Source: Sedimentisphaeraceae bacterium JB056 (GTDB lineage: Bacteria; Planctomycetota; Phycisphaerae; Sedimentisphaerales; Sedimentisphaeraceae). Taken from it: a DNA stretch of 64,000 bases. The DNA lies in contig JBITAJ010000008.1 in assembly GCA_044440125.1 (NCBI GenBank), positions 64,001 through 128,000 of the forward strand, in the 5' to 3' direction. Of this stretch, positions 40,208 through 51,800 are shown one piece after another. Under the pieces are notes generated by a model. That model worked only from the letters and a program-made list of their open reading frames with translations. It had not been told where the DNA came from and ran no database searches. Positions within the stretch are counted from its first letter, which is position 1. Every line of letters begins with the position of its first letter. A program made the translations under genes and the position numbers.

Positions 40208-41518
40208 TTACCTCCCTATGAAGGCTCCTATTTTAATTAATGAGTCCTGCAGTTCTTTTATTGAGATATCCCTTGTCCCTGTTGCACTTTTAGAAGATAT
40301 TGCCGCAGCCATACCGGCAGCCTGGCCAGTTATATAACAGCCTGCCATCGGTCTTATTGAGCTTTGCATTGTTTTGTCGGCTGAAATGCAGCGACCTGCA
40401 ACAAGTAAATTATCAAATCCCTTAACAGTCAAACTTCGATAAGGAATACCGTAATGTTCACCGGGTTCATAAACACAAGAATTATAGAACTGCACCGATT
40501 TCTCATAATCTTCTTTTGAGCCGCTTTCAGGATGTATATCTACGCCATAGGCATAACATCCTATCTGGTCTTCAAACTGTCTGCGGTCCAGATAATCCTG
40601 CTTGGTCATGACATATTCACCCAGGATTCTTCGCGATTCCCGAATGCCCATAAGTGCCCCGCTCGAAGCTAACTCTACTTTTTCGTAGCCCTTGACGTAT
40701 TTTCTATAAAACTTCTCAAACTCCGGCAGATACTTACGAGATTCAATAAATCCGCGAGTAATGCTTCGTTCGTCCGTACCGTCAATATTATACGAATGGC
40801 CCATATTTGCAGAAGCAAGCGAGTAACCTGTTCTTGCCATACCTGAATGATGTCTATCTTCAACAGTGAATATATTCTCATCAAAGGCTTTTTCAAGAAG
40901 TACACCCATTTTTTCTACATCATGACGTTCTATTCTTGAAAAATCGCAGCCAGCCCATAAACTGCAAAGAGTCGAAGGCATAACCCTGCCCTCTTCGTCA
41001 CCTTTTTCAAACTCTGCCCCTGCCAAAGCACAAAGATCACCATCACCACTGCAGTCTATGAAAACCTTGGCCTTAACAGCAAACAACCCGCTTTTGGCAT
41101 TGCATATTATATATAAAACATTGCCATTCTCGGCGATAGCATCGACAACCGTTGTTTGAAATGTAAAGTCAGCACCTGAGTCAATCACAATACGATCGTA
41201 AAGCCTCTTAACAGCTTCCGCTGGAATTGATAAGTATCTGTCGTATATGACTCCGCCAATATCAACCACGCTGTCATAGATTTCCCTGCCAAAACCATCA
41301 GCAACAAAATTTATACCATCATCGAATTCCATGAAAAGAGGAACCAAACCTGCAGTCCCCATTCCACCGAAACAACTGTGCCCCTCAGCAATAAAGACTG
41401 AAGCACCCTGCCGTGCAGCCGTCACTGCAGCCGCAACACCTGCAGGCCCGCCACCTGCCACGCAAATATCAACATCATACTTGAGTGGTATTTTTCTATC
41501 AAATCTAATTTTCATCAT
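40208..41518 (-). CDS. FAD-dependent oxidoreductase
   Basis: VAGGGPAG, GGMGT, IDCSGDGD, GIRESRRI, IPYRSL, NLLVAGRCIS; start at 41518/41515 after GAGG preferred over 41605. Confidence 0.88.
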   Translation of the reverse strand: MMKIRFDRKIPLKYDVDICVAGGGPAGVAAAVTAARQGASVFIAEGHSCFGGMGTAGLVPLFMEFDDGINFVADGFGREIYDSVVDIGGVIYDRYLSIPAEAVKRLYDRIVIDSGADFTFQTTVVDAIAENGNVLYIICNAKSGLFAVKAKVFIDCSGDGDLCALAGAEFEKGDEEGRVMPSTLCSLWAGCDFSRIERHDVEKMGVLLEKAFDENIFTVEDRHHSGMARTGYSLASANMGHSYNIDGTDERSITRGFIESRKYLPEFEKFYRKYVKGYEKVELASSGALMGIRESRRILGEYVMTKQDYLDRRQFEDQIGCYAYGVDIHPESGSKEDYEKSVQFYNSCVYEPGEHYGIPYRSLTVKGFDNLLVAGRCISADKTMQSSIRPMAGCYITGQAAGMAAAISSKSATGTRDISIKELQDSLIKIGAFIGR

Positions 41519-41887
41519 GCCCTCATTGATGCCACTGACAAAAGCTAAAAAACAGCATGTTAAACAAAACCATTTTGATAAAAACGTAGGTTTTATCAAG
41601 ATCAATAGACTTCTGCAAGGGACACCTCATTAAAGTGTTTCAATTCATATTAGCATAAAAAAACGTCCTGTCAACCATCTCTGAACAGCTAATTAAACAC
41701 GTACAGTACGTGCCGAAAAGATTTTTTAGTAAAAAAATACAAAAGCACAATTTAGCAAAAAAGTGCCAACTAAGTACTTTTTCATATGAATTGTATCATG
41801 AAAATTGATTATGCTGTTTTTTTACATGAGCTCAGAGATTTAATCTTGAAACTTAGATATTAATGTATATAATTCTGGTTCGCAAGT

Positions 41888-41970
41888 GGCCGAGTGGCGG
41901 AATGGCAGACGCTGGGGATTTAAAATCCCCTCCCGGAAACGGGGTGTGGGTTCGAGTCCCACCTCGGCTA
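41888..41970 (+). tRNA. tRNA-Leu (anticodon TAA), CCA not encoded
   Basis: GGCCGAG/CTCGGCT acceptor, anticodon arm GGGGA-TTTAAAA-TCCCC, long variable arm, GGTTCGAGTCC. Confidence 0.95.
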
Positions 41971-41973
41971 TAA

Positions 41974-42017
41974 AAGTCCTGTTTTGCAGATTAAGTTGTA
42001 AAGCAGGACTTTTTTTC
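41974..42017 (+). terminator. Terminator after tRNA-Leu
   Basis: AAAGTCCTGTTTTGCA...TGTAAAGCAGGACTTTTTTT. Confidence 0.8.
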
Positions 42018-42103
42018 ATGCGAAGTTCAGATACCCTTCAAAAAACCTTCATTTTTCTTTTGAAAAAGGATTGACGTTTGAGTAAAAAACATTATTCTTT
42101 TTT

Positions 42104-42185
42104 GTCTTCTCATTCGCCACTTCTCGCGGCCTTCGGGACGAATCGAGCGTTAACTTTGACAGACCGTGCAGATTTAATCTCTGCT
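42104..42185 (+). promoter_or_regulatory. Candidate structured cis-regulatory RNA in sulP leader
   Basis: GC-rich island right after TTGACG-N16-TATTCT promoter; stem CTCATTCG/CGAATCGAG enclosing a CC-TTCG-GG hairpin. Confidence 0.5.
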
Positions 42186-42209
42186 ATTTAATAATTTCGA
42201 AGGCTATCG

Positions 42210-43946
42210 GTGCATACTCTCGGTACTGTACAGACCCAGCCGGTTTTAAAGGTTTTTGATAAAGTGAACAGAAGATTCGAACCTCAATTTATAAGCGTAT
42301 TACGTGAGGGTTACAATTTCAGGCTTTTCAGCAGTGATCTCACGGCGGGGGTCATAACAGGCATAGTTGCACTGCCACTGGCAATAGCTTTTGCCATAGC
42401 CAGCGGTGTAGGCCCTTCAGAAGGCTTCTATACTGCAATAATCGCCGGCTTTATAATCGCAATTCTAAGCGGAAGCCGCGTTCAAATAGGCGGCCCTACA
42501 GGAGCATTTGTTGTAATGGTCTACACGATCATTCAGCAGCATGGTATCAACGGATTAGCAGTAGCAACGATTATAGCAGGCATAATACTTATCGCAATGG
42601 GCGCAATGCGGCTCGGTTCATTCATTAAATACATCCCATACCCGGTTACGCAGGGTTTTACAAGCGGCATCGCGGTAGTAATAGCAAGCACACAAATCAA
42701 ACCTCTTCTCGGCCTGAAAATAGAGGAAATACCAACAGAATTTATTCCTAAAATAGTAACCTGCCTCAAACATGTCACAACAGCAGAATCTTCAACACTG
42801 CTCATCAGTCTACTTGCAATTACAATAATATTGACATGGCCGCGAATAACTTCCAGATTCCCCGGCTCACTCGCCGCAATCATAATCTGCACTCTGCTGG
42901 TAAAAATATTCGGAATAGAAACTCCAACAATCGGAACGCAATTCGGTTCCATGAGCAGCAGTCTGCCTGTTTTTACTGCCCCTTCGTTTAACTACAAGCT
43001 TGTCTCGGAGGTTTTCCCTGCCGCATTAAGTATTGCAATGCTTGGGGCAATCGAATCACTTCTATCCGCAGTCGTGGCCGACGGAATGACCGGCGGCAAA
43101 CATCGTTCAAATATGGAGCTTATCGCACAAGGCGCAGCAAATATAGTTTGCCCTTTCTTTGGCGGCATACCTGCAACAGGTGCAATAGCCCGCACGGCAA
43201 CAAATATCAAAAATGGCGGCAAAACACCGATAGCCGGTATTATTCATGCCATAACACTGCTTCTTATATTAATGTGCCTGGGTAAATTAGCATCAACTAT
43301 ACCTATGTGTGTACTTGCAGCAATCCTGATGGCCGTTGCTGTAAAGATGAGTGAATACCACATGTTTATAAAAATGTTCAGAGCGCCCAAAAGCGATGTA
43401 GTTGTGATGCTCGTAACATTCCTGCTCACAGTTCTTCTCGATCTGACCATAGCAATCCCTACAGGCATGGTAATGGCAAGCTTCCTGTTCATGAGCCGTA
43501 TGGAGCAAGTCAGCAGCACAATTAATCTGACAACAGAAGATAAAGACGATGATGATGAAAGAATTGACCCATTCGCCCTAAGCAAATTTGAGGTACCGGA
43601 TGGCGTTGAAGTTTTCGAAATAAACGGGCCGTTCTTTTTCGGCGCTGCAAGTAAATTCCAGGATGACATAATCAAACGAAATGTAGATATCCTCATACTG
43701 CGAATGAGAAAAGTACCTGTTATTGATGCAACAGGAATATTTGCCCTCGAAAAAATAGTAACACAGGCTCGTGAAAACGGAAGAACAATCCTTCTTTCAG
43801 GAATAAACCCGCAGCCATTGACCGCTATGAAAAAATCAGGGCTTACAAGAAAAATCAGCAATGAATGCATACATAATAATATCTCAACGGCTCTGAATCA
43901 CGCTAAAGCATTACTTTCGCTTAAAGAACTCAACACTGAAGCATAA
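42210..43946 (+). CDS. SulP/SLC26 family anion permease with STAS domain
   Basis: DLTAG..ALPLAIAFAIASG, QIGGPTGAF, ESLLSA, ATGAIART, GPFFFGAA, IDATG; start uncertain. Confidence 0.95.
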   Translation: MHTLGTVQTQPVLKVFDKVNRRFEPQFISVLREGYNFRLFSSDLTAGVITGIVALPLAIAFAIASGVGPSEGFYTAIIAGFIIAILSGSRVQIGGPTGAFVVMVYTIIQQHGINGLAVATIIAGIILIAMGAMRLGSFIKYIPYPVTQGFTSGIAVVIASTQIKPLLGLKIEEIPTEFIPKIVTCLKHVTTAESSTLLISLLAITIILTWPRITSRFPGSLAAIIICTLLVKIFGIETPTIGTQFGSMSSSLPVFTAPSFNYKLVSEVFPAALSIAMLGAIESLLSAVVADGMTGGKHRSNMELIAQGAANIVCPFFGGIPATGAIARTATNIKNGGKTPIAGIIHAITLLLILMCLGKLASTIPMCVLAAILMAVAVKMSEYHMFIKMFRAPKSDVVVMLVTFLLTVLLDLTIAIPTGMVMASFLFMSRMEQVSSTINLTTEDKDDDDERIDPFALSKFEVPDGVEVFEINGPFFFGAASKFQDDIIKRNVDILILRMRKVPVIDATGIFALEKIVTQARENGRTILLSGINPQPLTAMKKSGLTRKISNECIHNNISTALNHAKALLSLKELNTEA

Positions 43947-43949
43947 CAA

Positions 43950-44792
43950 TCAATGCCCGATAATCGGTATTTTGAGTTTATCAGCCAAAGCAAGGGTTTT
44001 GGGCTTATCGATGATAATAGTCTTGCCAGCTTCAACAACAAGACATTTAGCTTTGTTTCGTGCTAATGCTTCAATAGTTTCAGTACCTACGCACGGCACA
44101 TCAAAACGCATATCCTGATCCGGCTTGGCTGTTTTGATAAGAGTCCAGCCGCCCTTTTTGCAGAACTGTCCGGCACGCTCGATCATTCTCGCCGTACCCT
44201 CTATCGCCTCAACAGCAATAACCTCACGCTCACACACCGCAATTGCCTGACCAATATCAAGCTCGCCAAGCTTCTTAACCATATCCCAACCAAACTCAAC
44301 ATCCTTCATCACACATTCAGGTGGAGTAACCGTTGTCATCACTCCTTTGCAAGCAAGATGTTCTTTGCAGTATTTAGTAGAATCTATCAAAATAATTCCC
44401 CCTTTCGCAAGCTCATCAGCCAGAGCACGAAGGATTGTATCATTGCGTTTATCATTATTACGAAGCGTCCAGTACCATGCCCGAAGTACTCTCCAATCGG
44501 GCAGATACTTCAAGATACGAAACGGCGTATATATCCTCTTCTTGGCAACACGCCCAACCATTACCGTATCACTCACACCGCGTTTGCGAAGCTTTCTTAT
44601 CCACGTGCCAAGCCGTGCTATAGGCACATAGAAAAACTCATCACATATCTCAGAGAGCTCCTGCTCGCCGTTCTCCGCTAAGGCAGCACAAACAACCTTG
44701 TAGCCGGCAGCCTTGGCTCCCTCAGCAATCAGATAAGGCAGCCGTCCCTGACCTGCAACAAGACCTAATACTTTTTCTGAATGATCGGCCAT
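43950..44792 (-). CDS. lpxI: UDP-2,3-diacylglucosamine diphosphatase LpxI
   Basis: GLVAGQGRLP, LDIGQ, AVEAIEGT, KPDQDMRFDVPCVG; adjacent to lpxD. Confidence 0.92.
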   Translation of the reverse strand: MADHSEKVLGLVAGQGRLPYLIAEGAKAAGYKVVCAALAENGEQELSEICDEFFYVPIARLGTWIRKLRKRGVSDTVMVGRVAKKRIYTPFRILKYLPDWRVLRAWYWTLRNNDKRNDTILRALADELAKGGIILIDSTKYCKEHLACKGVMTTVTPPECVMKDVEFGWDMVKKLGELDIGQAIAVCEREVIAVEAIEGTARMIERAGQFCKKGGWTLIKTAKPDQDMRFDVPCVGTETIEALARNKAKCLVVEAGKTIIIDKPKTLALADKLKIPIIGH

Positions 44793-44798
44793 TGTACG

Positions 44799-45839
44799 TT
44801 ATTTTTCTGCTAATGCAGTTTCGAGTTCTTCGACACGCTTTGAAAGACGTTTTAACGTACGCTTCATCTCAGGAAGCGTACCAAGCATGGAATATGCACG
44901 CTTTGCCTGTCCTGCGTCGATAGCCGGAGCACCGGCAACGACCTTTCCGTCTTCAATATCATTGATTATAGCCGACTGTCCTGCCGCCATAACCATGTTA
45001 CCAACCTTTATATGACCTACGACGGCAGACTGCCCGCCAAGAACACAATATTGTCCGAGTTCAGCGGTTCCTGCAATTCCAACCTGCGGCACGAGCAGAC
45101 AGCCTCTGCCAATCCTCGCACCATGACCAATTACTACACAGTCGCCAATTTTAGCACCAGAACCTATAATCGTGTCCTGAAGTGAACCGCGTTCAATAGC
45201 AGCGTTTGCTCCAATCTCTACATCATCTTCGAGGATAACACTTTTGATGTGAGGAATCTTGTGATGTTCACCGGCATAAGTTGCAAAGCCGAATCCATCC
45301 TGCCCGACAGTAGCATTAGCCTGAATAATAACACGGTCACCGATGCTGCATTGCTCGAAAACAACACTGTTAGGGTATAAAATACAGTCAGAACCTATCT
45401 TTGTACCACGGCCTACAAATACCCCCGGATAGATAACCGCGTTATCACCAATCACAACATCGTTTTCAATAACGACATTGTCATATATGCAGCAGCCGCT
45501 TCCAATACTGGCTGTTTCATGTATGGTCGCATTGGGGCTTATACCCGCATCCCGATGTTCCCTATGGCCGAATATCAACTCCACGATACAGCAGAAGGCG
45601 TAGTATGGATCGTCAACAACTAATTGAGCATCAGCCGTGGTTTCCTCTTCTTTTTGAACAATAACAGCCGAAGCTGATGTACTGTTGAGAAAAGTCCTGT
45701 ACTTCACGTTAGACAAAAACGTAATGTCTCCACGAGCAGCCGCGCCCATTGGAGCTGCTGAGGTAATGGCTATATCGCCATCACCAATGACTGTCCCACC
45801 TACATGCTCAGCAAGCGAAGCCAATTTGAATTCTTGCAT
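44799..45839 (-). CDS. lpxD: UDP-3-O-acylglucosamine N-acyltransferase
   Basis: ITFLSN, DDPY, hexapeptide repeats, GQDGFGF, KIPH, VEIGAN. Confidence 0.95.
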   Translation of the reverse strand: MQEFKLASLAEHVGGTVIGDGDIAITSAAPMGAAARGDITFLSNVKYRTFLNSTSASAVIVQKEEETTADAQLVVDDPYYAFCCIVELIFGHREHRDAGISPNATIHETASIGSGCCIYDNVVIENDVVIGDNAVIYPGVFVGRGTKIGSDCILYPNSVVFEQCSIGDRVIIQANATVGQDGFGFATYAGEHHKIPHIKSVILEDDVEIGANAAIERGSLQDTIIGSGAKIGDCVVIGHGARIGRGCLLVPQVGIAGTAELGQYCVLGGQSAVVGHIKVGNMVMAAGQSAIINDIEDGKVVAGAPAIDAGQAKRAYSMLGTLPEMKRTLKRLSKRVEELETALAEK

Positions 45840-46132
45840 TTTCTATCCTAAATATATTCCAACATCTAATTTACACCTTTTCATCTATGGGACCAAGCCG
45901 ACAAACAATCCAGACTTTAAGAGGCTCAATCAACCGAAAGGTGAATTTCAAGACAATTAAGCGGTGCATTCTAACCAAATTCACATTTTTTTCAAGAATT
46001 AAGTTTTTACACCAAGATATGATGTCTATGCTAAAACAACCTGCACACACATATAACAGAGTAGAAAAAAATACAAATTTCAGGGTAATAAAAAAAATCT
46101 AACCGTTTTTTGAGAAAGCTGACATTTTTTAC

Positions 46133-46161
46133 TTGCTTTAGACACCCTACTTTTATAAAAT
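46133..46161 (+). promoter_or_regulatory. Sigma-70 promoter of tRNA-Pro(TGG)
   Basis: TTGCTT-N17-TAAAAT followed by C-rich discriminator, 15 nt before the tRNA. Confidence 0.65.
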
Positions 46162-46176
46162 CCCCCTCTCGTTCGA

Positions 46177-46251
46177 CGGAGTGTAGCTCAGCTTGGCTAG
46201 AGCACTTGGTTTGGGACCAAGGGGTCGGGGGTTCGAATCCCTCCACTCCGA
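46177..46251 (+). tRNA. tRNA-Pro (anticodon TGG), CCA not encoded
   Basis: CGGAGTG/CACTCCG acceptor, anticodon arm CTTGG-TTTGGGA-CCAAG, GGTTCGAATCC. Confidence 0.95.
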
Positions 46252-46258
46252 TTAAACG

Positions 46259-46304
46259 AAAAGCTGATAAATAAAGTAGCAAACTTTCTTTGTCAGCTTT
46301 TTTT
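46259..46304 (+). terminator. Terminator after tRNA-Pro(TGG)
   Basis: AAAAGCTGATAAA...TTTGTCAGCTTTTTTT. Confidence 0.75.
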
Positions 46305-46477
46305 ATGCGCATATATCACTTTTTCCTCTTTATAAACCGTTCATACTTTTCTCACCTTAGAATATTTACACGGCTTTTCTACGCAAAAATATATTGTAAA
46401 AATTCGTGTTTTCATTATCATTAAGAGCCTGCTTATAATTTGATACAAACTAATTAAACCTAACAGGAATATTTACG

Positions 46478-47263
46478 ATGAAAAACGTTGAAGCTTTAGT
46501 TCTTCGCGCTGCAGGAATCAACTGCGATCTTGAAACCGTAAACGCTCTGGAACTTGCCGGGGCTAACGCTAAAAGCGCTCATATAAATAAGATAATCGAA
46601 AACAAAGAGCTCCTTAAGGAAAACCAGATACTTGTATTTCCTGGCGGATTCAGCTATGGTGATGATGTGGCAGCGGGAAAAATTCTTGCCAATCAGGTCA
46701 TACACCATCTGAGCGACGTAATACGAGAGTTTATCGATGCAGGCAAGCTTGTCCTTGGAATCTGTAACGGTTTTCAGGTGCTTGTAAAAGCGGGTATTTT
46801 GCCTGGAATGGAAAATCCTGTTGATGATGCCCCAGTTACTATAACAAATAATGACATACCGCGTTTTTATGACAACTGGGTATATTTGCAGCCCGGAACT
46901 GATAAATGCGTATTCATCAAGAAAGATCAGCGTATCTATCTCCCAATGGCTCACGGTGAAGGAAAAGTTGTAACAAAAACTTCTGAGATACTCGAAACAC
47001 TCAAAAGCGAAGGCCATGTTGCTTTCAGGTATGTAGACAAAGACGGCAACTTCGGTGATTACCCTGTAAACCCTAATGGTGCTGCAGATCACATTGCAGG
47101 CCTCTGTGACCATACAGGTCGCGTGTTAGGCCTTATGCCGCACCCTGAGAGATTCGTACGCCGTACACAGCACCCACATTGGACAAGACTTCCTGAAGAT
47201 ATCGAAGCAGACGGCATGACAATTTTCAACAATGCCGTAAACTACATAAAAGAAAACTTCTAA
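46478..47263 (+). CDS. purQ: Phosphoribosylformylglycinamidine synthase subunit PurQ
   Basis: GINCD, PGGFSYGD, GICNGFQ, AHGEG, NPNG, GLMPHPER. Confidence 0.95.
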   Translation: MKNVEALVLRAAGINCDLETVNALELAGANAKSAHINKIIENKELLKENQILVFPGGFSYGDDVAAGKILANQVIHHLSDVIREFIDAGKLVLGICNGFQVLVKAGILPGMENPVDDAPVTITNNDIPRFYDNWVYLQPGTDKCVFIKKDQRIYLPMAHGEGKVVTKTSEILETLKSEGHVAFRYVDKDGNFGDYPVNPNGAADHIAGLCDHTGRVLGLMPHPERFVRRTQHPHWTRLPEDIEADGMTIFNNAVNYIKENF

Positions 47264-47284
47264 GAGTTTCCTGAAGAAAACAAT

Positions 47285-47320
47285 AAGCCCGGCTGAGTAA
47301 ATCCGCTGGGCTTTTTTATT
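47285..47320 (+). terminator. Terminator after purQ
   Basis: AAGCCCGGC...GCTGGGCTTTTTT. Confidence 0.75.
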
Positions 47321-47334
47321 TTAAATTACACATT

Positions 47335-47372
47335 AAAAAAAAGGGCAACACGCCGAAACGTATTGCCCTTTT
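47335..47372 (-). terminator. Terminator after gap
   Basis: Minus strand AAAAGGGCAATACG-TTTCGG-CGTGTTGCCCTTTTTTTT. Confidence 0.8.
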
Positions 47373-47395
47373 AATTATTCTATTGCTAATGGAAA

Positions 47396-48415
47396 TTAAA
47401 GCATAGGTACCATTTTTTCCATCAGGTCAACAGCACGGTTTGAGTAACCCCACTCGTTGTCGTACCAAGATACGATCTTAGCGAAGTTGCCGCCCATTAC
47501 CATTGTGCTCATTGCATCGAAGATGCTTGAGTGTGGATCACCAACGATATCGCTTGATACGATTGGCTCATCACAGTAAGCAAGAACACCCTTCATTGGG
47601 CCTTCTGCAGCAGCCTTGATAGCAGCATTGATCTCTTCAACAGTTACGTCCTTCTCGAACTCAACTGAAAGGTCAACACATGAACCATCTATTACTGGTA
47701 CGCGAAGTGCGAAACCATCAAGCTTGCCGTTAAGCTCTGGGATAACCTTACCTACAGCAACAGCAGCGCCAGTTGTTGTTGGGATGATGTTGTCAGCAGC
47801 AGCACGTGCACGACGCATGTCAGAGTGAATCATGTCAGATACAACCTGATCATTTGTGTATGCGTGAACTGTTGTCATAAGACCTCTCTTGATACCGAAT
47901 GCATCATTGAGAACCTTAGCAACAGGAGCAAGACAGTTTGTTGTACAACTTGCATTTGAAGCTGTCTCAACATCTGCTGTAAGAGCTTCTTCGTTAACAC
48001 CCATTACAACTGTAGCATCGATCTTGTCCTTAGAAGGTACTGAAAGAACAACCTTCTTAGCACCAGCCTTGATGTGATCGCCATAACCGCCCTTAGGACT
48101 TGACTTCTCACGGAAGATACCTGTTGACTCAAGAACGATATCAACACCCAGTTCGCCCCAAGGAAGCTCAGCAGGATTACGTACAGCAGTAACCTTGATG
48201 TCTTTGCCATCGATAACGAGGCCAGAATCACTTACACCTACTGTACCGCCCCACTTACCCATAACGGTGTCATACTTGAACAGGTGAGCAAGAGCTTTAG
48301 GATCTGCAAGGTCGTTGATAGCTACTAATTCAAGCTCGCCAGCTCTTTCGAGGATAACGCGAGCAACCGCTCTACCGATACGGCCAAAACCGTTAATTGC
48401 AACCTTTGTTGCCAT
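47396..48415 (-). CDS. gap: Glyceraldehyde-3-phosphate dehydrogenase type I
   Basis: [28 protein letters not shown]. Confidence 0.98.
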   Translation of the reverse strand: MATKVAINGFGRIGRAVARVILERAGELELVAINDLADPKALAHLFKYDTVMGKWGGTVGVSDSGLVIDGKDIKVTAVRNPAELPWGELGVDIVLESTGIFREKSSPKGGYGDHIKAGAKKVVLSVPSKDKIDATVVMGVNEEALTADVETASNASCTTNCLAPVAKVLNDAFGIKRGLMTTVHAYTNDQVVSDMIHSDMRRARAAADNIIPTTTGAAVAVGKVIPELNGKLDGFALRVPVIDGSCVDLSVEFEKDVTVEEINAAIKAAAEGPMKGVLAYCDEPIVSSDIVGDPHSSIFDAMSTMVMGGNFAKIVSWYDNEWGYSNRAVDLMEKMVPML

Positions 48416-48629
48416 AGTTTTAATCTCCTATATATTAATATTAATACTCAAATACATACTCATAGCGATCATTATAGATTCTGAACGCAAACGCCGGAAA
48501 TTTTAAGGGTTTCGAGCTTTATTGTCAAGTTTTAATAATGAGAAATATGTTATTTTGAGCACAAACCTAATACTTATTGTTCTATTTTTGAACAATAAGC
48601 TGCGATTGCATAACAAACGTCCGCTGATA

Positions 48630-48857
48630 CTATCGCAAGAACTTGCTGATTATCCAGAAAATCAATGTCAGCACTATCGATATTACTATTGATGTACCGA
48701 TAGGGAAAAACACTTTCCAGTTCTTACCGCCAAAGGAAATGTCACCCGGGAGATTGAAAAGATTAAACTTACCGCCAATAACAATAACGATACCTATCAC
48801 AATTAGAAATATCCCAGTTATTATTAATACTTTTCCTATTTGTGAAAATTCGCTCAT
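48630..48857 (-). CDS. DUF2905 small membrane protein
   Basis: LPGDI and FFPIGTSIVISIVLT motifs, two TM segments. Confidence 0.85.
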   Translation of the reverse strand: MSEFSQIGKVLIITGIFLIVIGIVIVIGGKFNLFNLPGDISFGGKNWKVFFPIGTSIVISIVLTLIFWIISKFLR

Positions 48858-48887
48858 AGTATAAAACCATTGAAAGTCATCAGTTTT

Positions 48888-51800
48888 TTATTGCTGAACT
48901 TCAGAAAATGAAAGTGTGCATTCCTGCGAAACCTTCATCATATAACCCAAGCCGGGCTTCATTTCAGACATCATCCCATACCATTGGCCGTCCCAATATG
49001 TTAGATTCTTACCGAACTGATTAGTTATGTAATTATTGTTATTAGCCGGGAAATTATCCATAACAGTAGAGAAGGCTGCATTTTCACACAATGTATAACC
49101 TAACCAGTTCCAACCTGCTACAAGATGAATTTGAGTTGCCGGATCCACCGGTTGACCAGAAACTGTCAAAATATCGCTATTTGCTGTTTTGAGCTTATAC
49201 ATCAATCCAGGCTCTAATAACTGCAGGGTACCATACCACTGTCCTTGATAATAGGTAGCATTAAGTCCATTTGCGGAAAGTATTTTATCCTGATCAGCTA
49301 TAGATTCCAATTCAGCAAAAACATTTCCAAGAGTTGCCTCATCTGGCAGCACGCTAAAGGAAATCCAATTCCATCCGGAAACAAGAGATATTTGAAGATA
49401 ACTGATATCTTCGCCTGACAAAGAGAAGCCCTCAGGATTAGAAAGAGAACCGACACTCGTACCACTCTCAAAACTGAAGCTACCTCCTACCTCGTATATT
49501 TCGCCGTCAGCTCCATCATATAGCTTGAGCACCATCCCATCTTCTATGGTATTATCATTATAGACGCTTAATATGAACAACTTGCCATTAACCCCATCTA
49601 CAACTTCTGCAACCCCAGCAATGTTTCCCGAAGAATCCCATACAGAGAGCAAGCTGCCAATATCCGTACCTATCTGATTCCCTGACGAATAAATCTGAGC
49701 ATAAACCGTCATGGAATTCAATAACCCTTGAGGACTCTGCCAATCAGGTTTACTGTCTTTCTCGGTATATAAAGCAGTTACTGTTAAATCACTTGTTACA
49801 TTATCAAATACGGTATCCCATCCAATAAATTCCCATCCACTGTCCTCTAATATAGTCGGAGCAGTTGCACTGCTGCCCTCTTCAATTTGCTGAACAGTCT
49901 GGCCTGAAATTATTTCGCCATGATCACCAGTAGCAAAGGTTACAACATAATACGGTGTATTATCTACGTTAATTGTAACCGTATACGTATCAGTTTTGCC
50001 TCCGTAAACAGCCTGAACAACAACCTCCTGATCATATGTATCGCTGCCTGCAGTAAGTTTACCGTTACTATTTATGCTTGCATATGCGATACCGCTTATG
50101 ATTGACCACGTAGGTATTACTGTTAGGGTAGTGCTGTCACTATAAGTAGCCTTACAGGTATAAGTTGCTGAAGCCCCCTCATTCACAGAAGATGAGCCTG
50201 CTATTGAAATATATTCTAAAGTCACGGGAATATCCGTAATAATAAGAGCATGAGTATCCGTTTTAGTTACACCTCCACTGGTATAACTTGCTGTGATTGT
50301 GACATTTTTATCTGAATTAACACTTAATGTCGTAAGTGTACCTGCACTACTAATTGAAGCATAAATACTATTATCTGTCCATTGAGGGTTAATTATAGCA
50401 CTTGTACCATTGCTGTAGAACGCCTTGCAAGTATATTGTGCAAATGAATTTTCTTGAACACTTGACGATCCACTTACTTCTATACGCGTTAAGGTAGGAA
50501 TTGAATATTCTGCAATATAAACTTCACCACCTTGGGGTATCCAATTGTATGCAGTGTTAATAGTTATATTTTTATTCATTGAGTACAATTTCCCATTTTT
50601 TAACCAGCGGTTAAATAGATACTTGCTTGAATTTTCGTAAGGAGCTTCTATCGTCACAGAACTCTTTGCCACAAAATAAAAATCACTTCCATTTGTACCT
50701 GTAGTAAAATCCTGTCCATTCCCCAAATTATCTTTTCGCCCTAATGAAAAATATGCAGTTCCACAATTTGTCTTAACGGTTATTCTCCTGTTAGCTAAGC
50801 CCAGAAGCCCCGCATTATAGCGGACGGCCAAAGGGTATCCATACTTGCCATAGTATAAATGCAAATCATCTACCATTGGGTCACCATTAGGATATTTATT
50901 AGGATAGCACTTTCTATTGTAGCTCCCCGAAGAATCCTTTCCAAGCTCCCGAGTATCAAACCAGAACCTCCCTGTTATTCGAACTCCGTTGTCGTCATCA
51001 TCACTACCCCCAACCCTTATAGAGCTATCCTGCTTGCCATTTGCCCAATTTCTGCCGCAGGAACCCCAATCATCAATATCAGACCAACTCATCCATCGGA
51101 AAACATACCCCTTGCGATCAGTGATTTCGTAATAGTTATCTGTCCAACCATCAATATACTTTATATTCCCATTGAACATAGTATGCAAAATATTGATTTT
51201 AGACCCAACGTAACCATCAATAAAGTCAGTACCTGTTGTATAAAAAGATGTAGCTGAACCCCTGCTTGAACTTCCAAATTTAACTTCACCCCAAAACGTT
51301 GAGCGAAAATATGTTATCCAAGCCAAAACATCAATCCATCCCCGCACATCATCATTGTTCTTCTCTGGACAACTGGTAGCAAAACGATATTTAAGCCGTT
51401 CTTGAGTAAATGAATCCAGTTTTGCCATAGACTCTTCCGGCAAAGGTGAACTGCTGTGTAACGGACCTCCAATACTATTTAGCACATCCCGTAATTTAGA
51501 ATCAGATGTTTCCCAGTAGCTTTCAAACTTGCACCCAAAGGTTAAATGCTGTACAGCAAAAACATGCAAAGGTGATGACATATCTTGAAGTATATGAGAG
51601 ACTCTACCTAAATAATGCCATCCATCACCATTCTCTTCAAATGCATCAACCATACTACCCCACCTTGCTTGTGACTCTTTCAATGCGGTTGTACCAAAGG
51701 GAAAAGAACCACCGTCTATTGGACGATATGCATGATCCAAAGGTCGTGATGAACTATCTTCATCAGCCGATCCTTCTTTCATTTTTATTTTCTGTGTGCC

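Noticed and set aside
41754..41769. Sigma-54-like TTGGCACTTTTTTGCT on the minus strand
   Set aside because: GG-to-GC spacing is 9 nt, not the required 10
46031..46312. 93-aa ORF (and 41886-42074)
   Set aside because: They overlap tRNA genes and their terminators; translation artefacts
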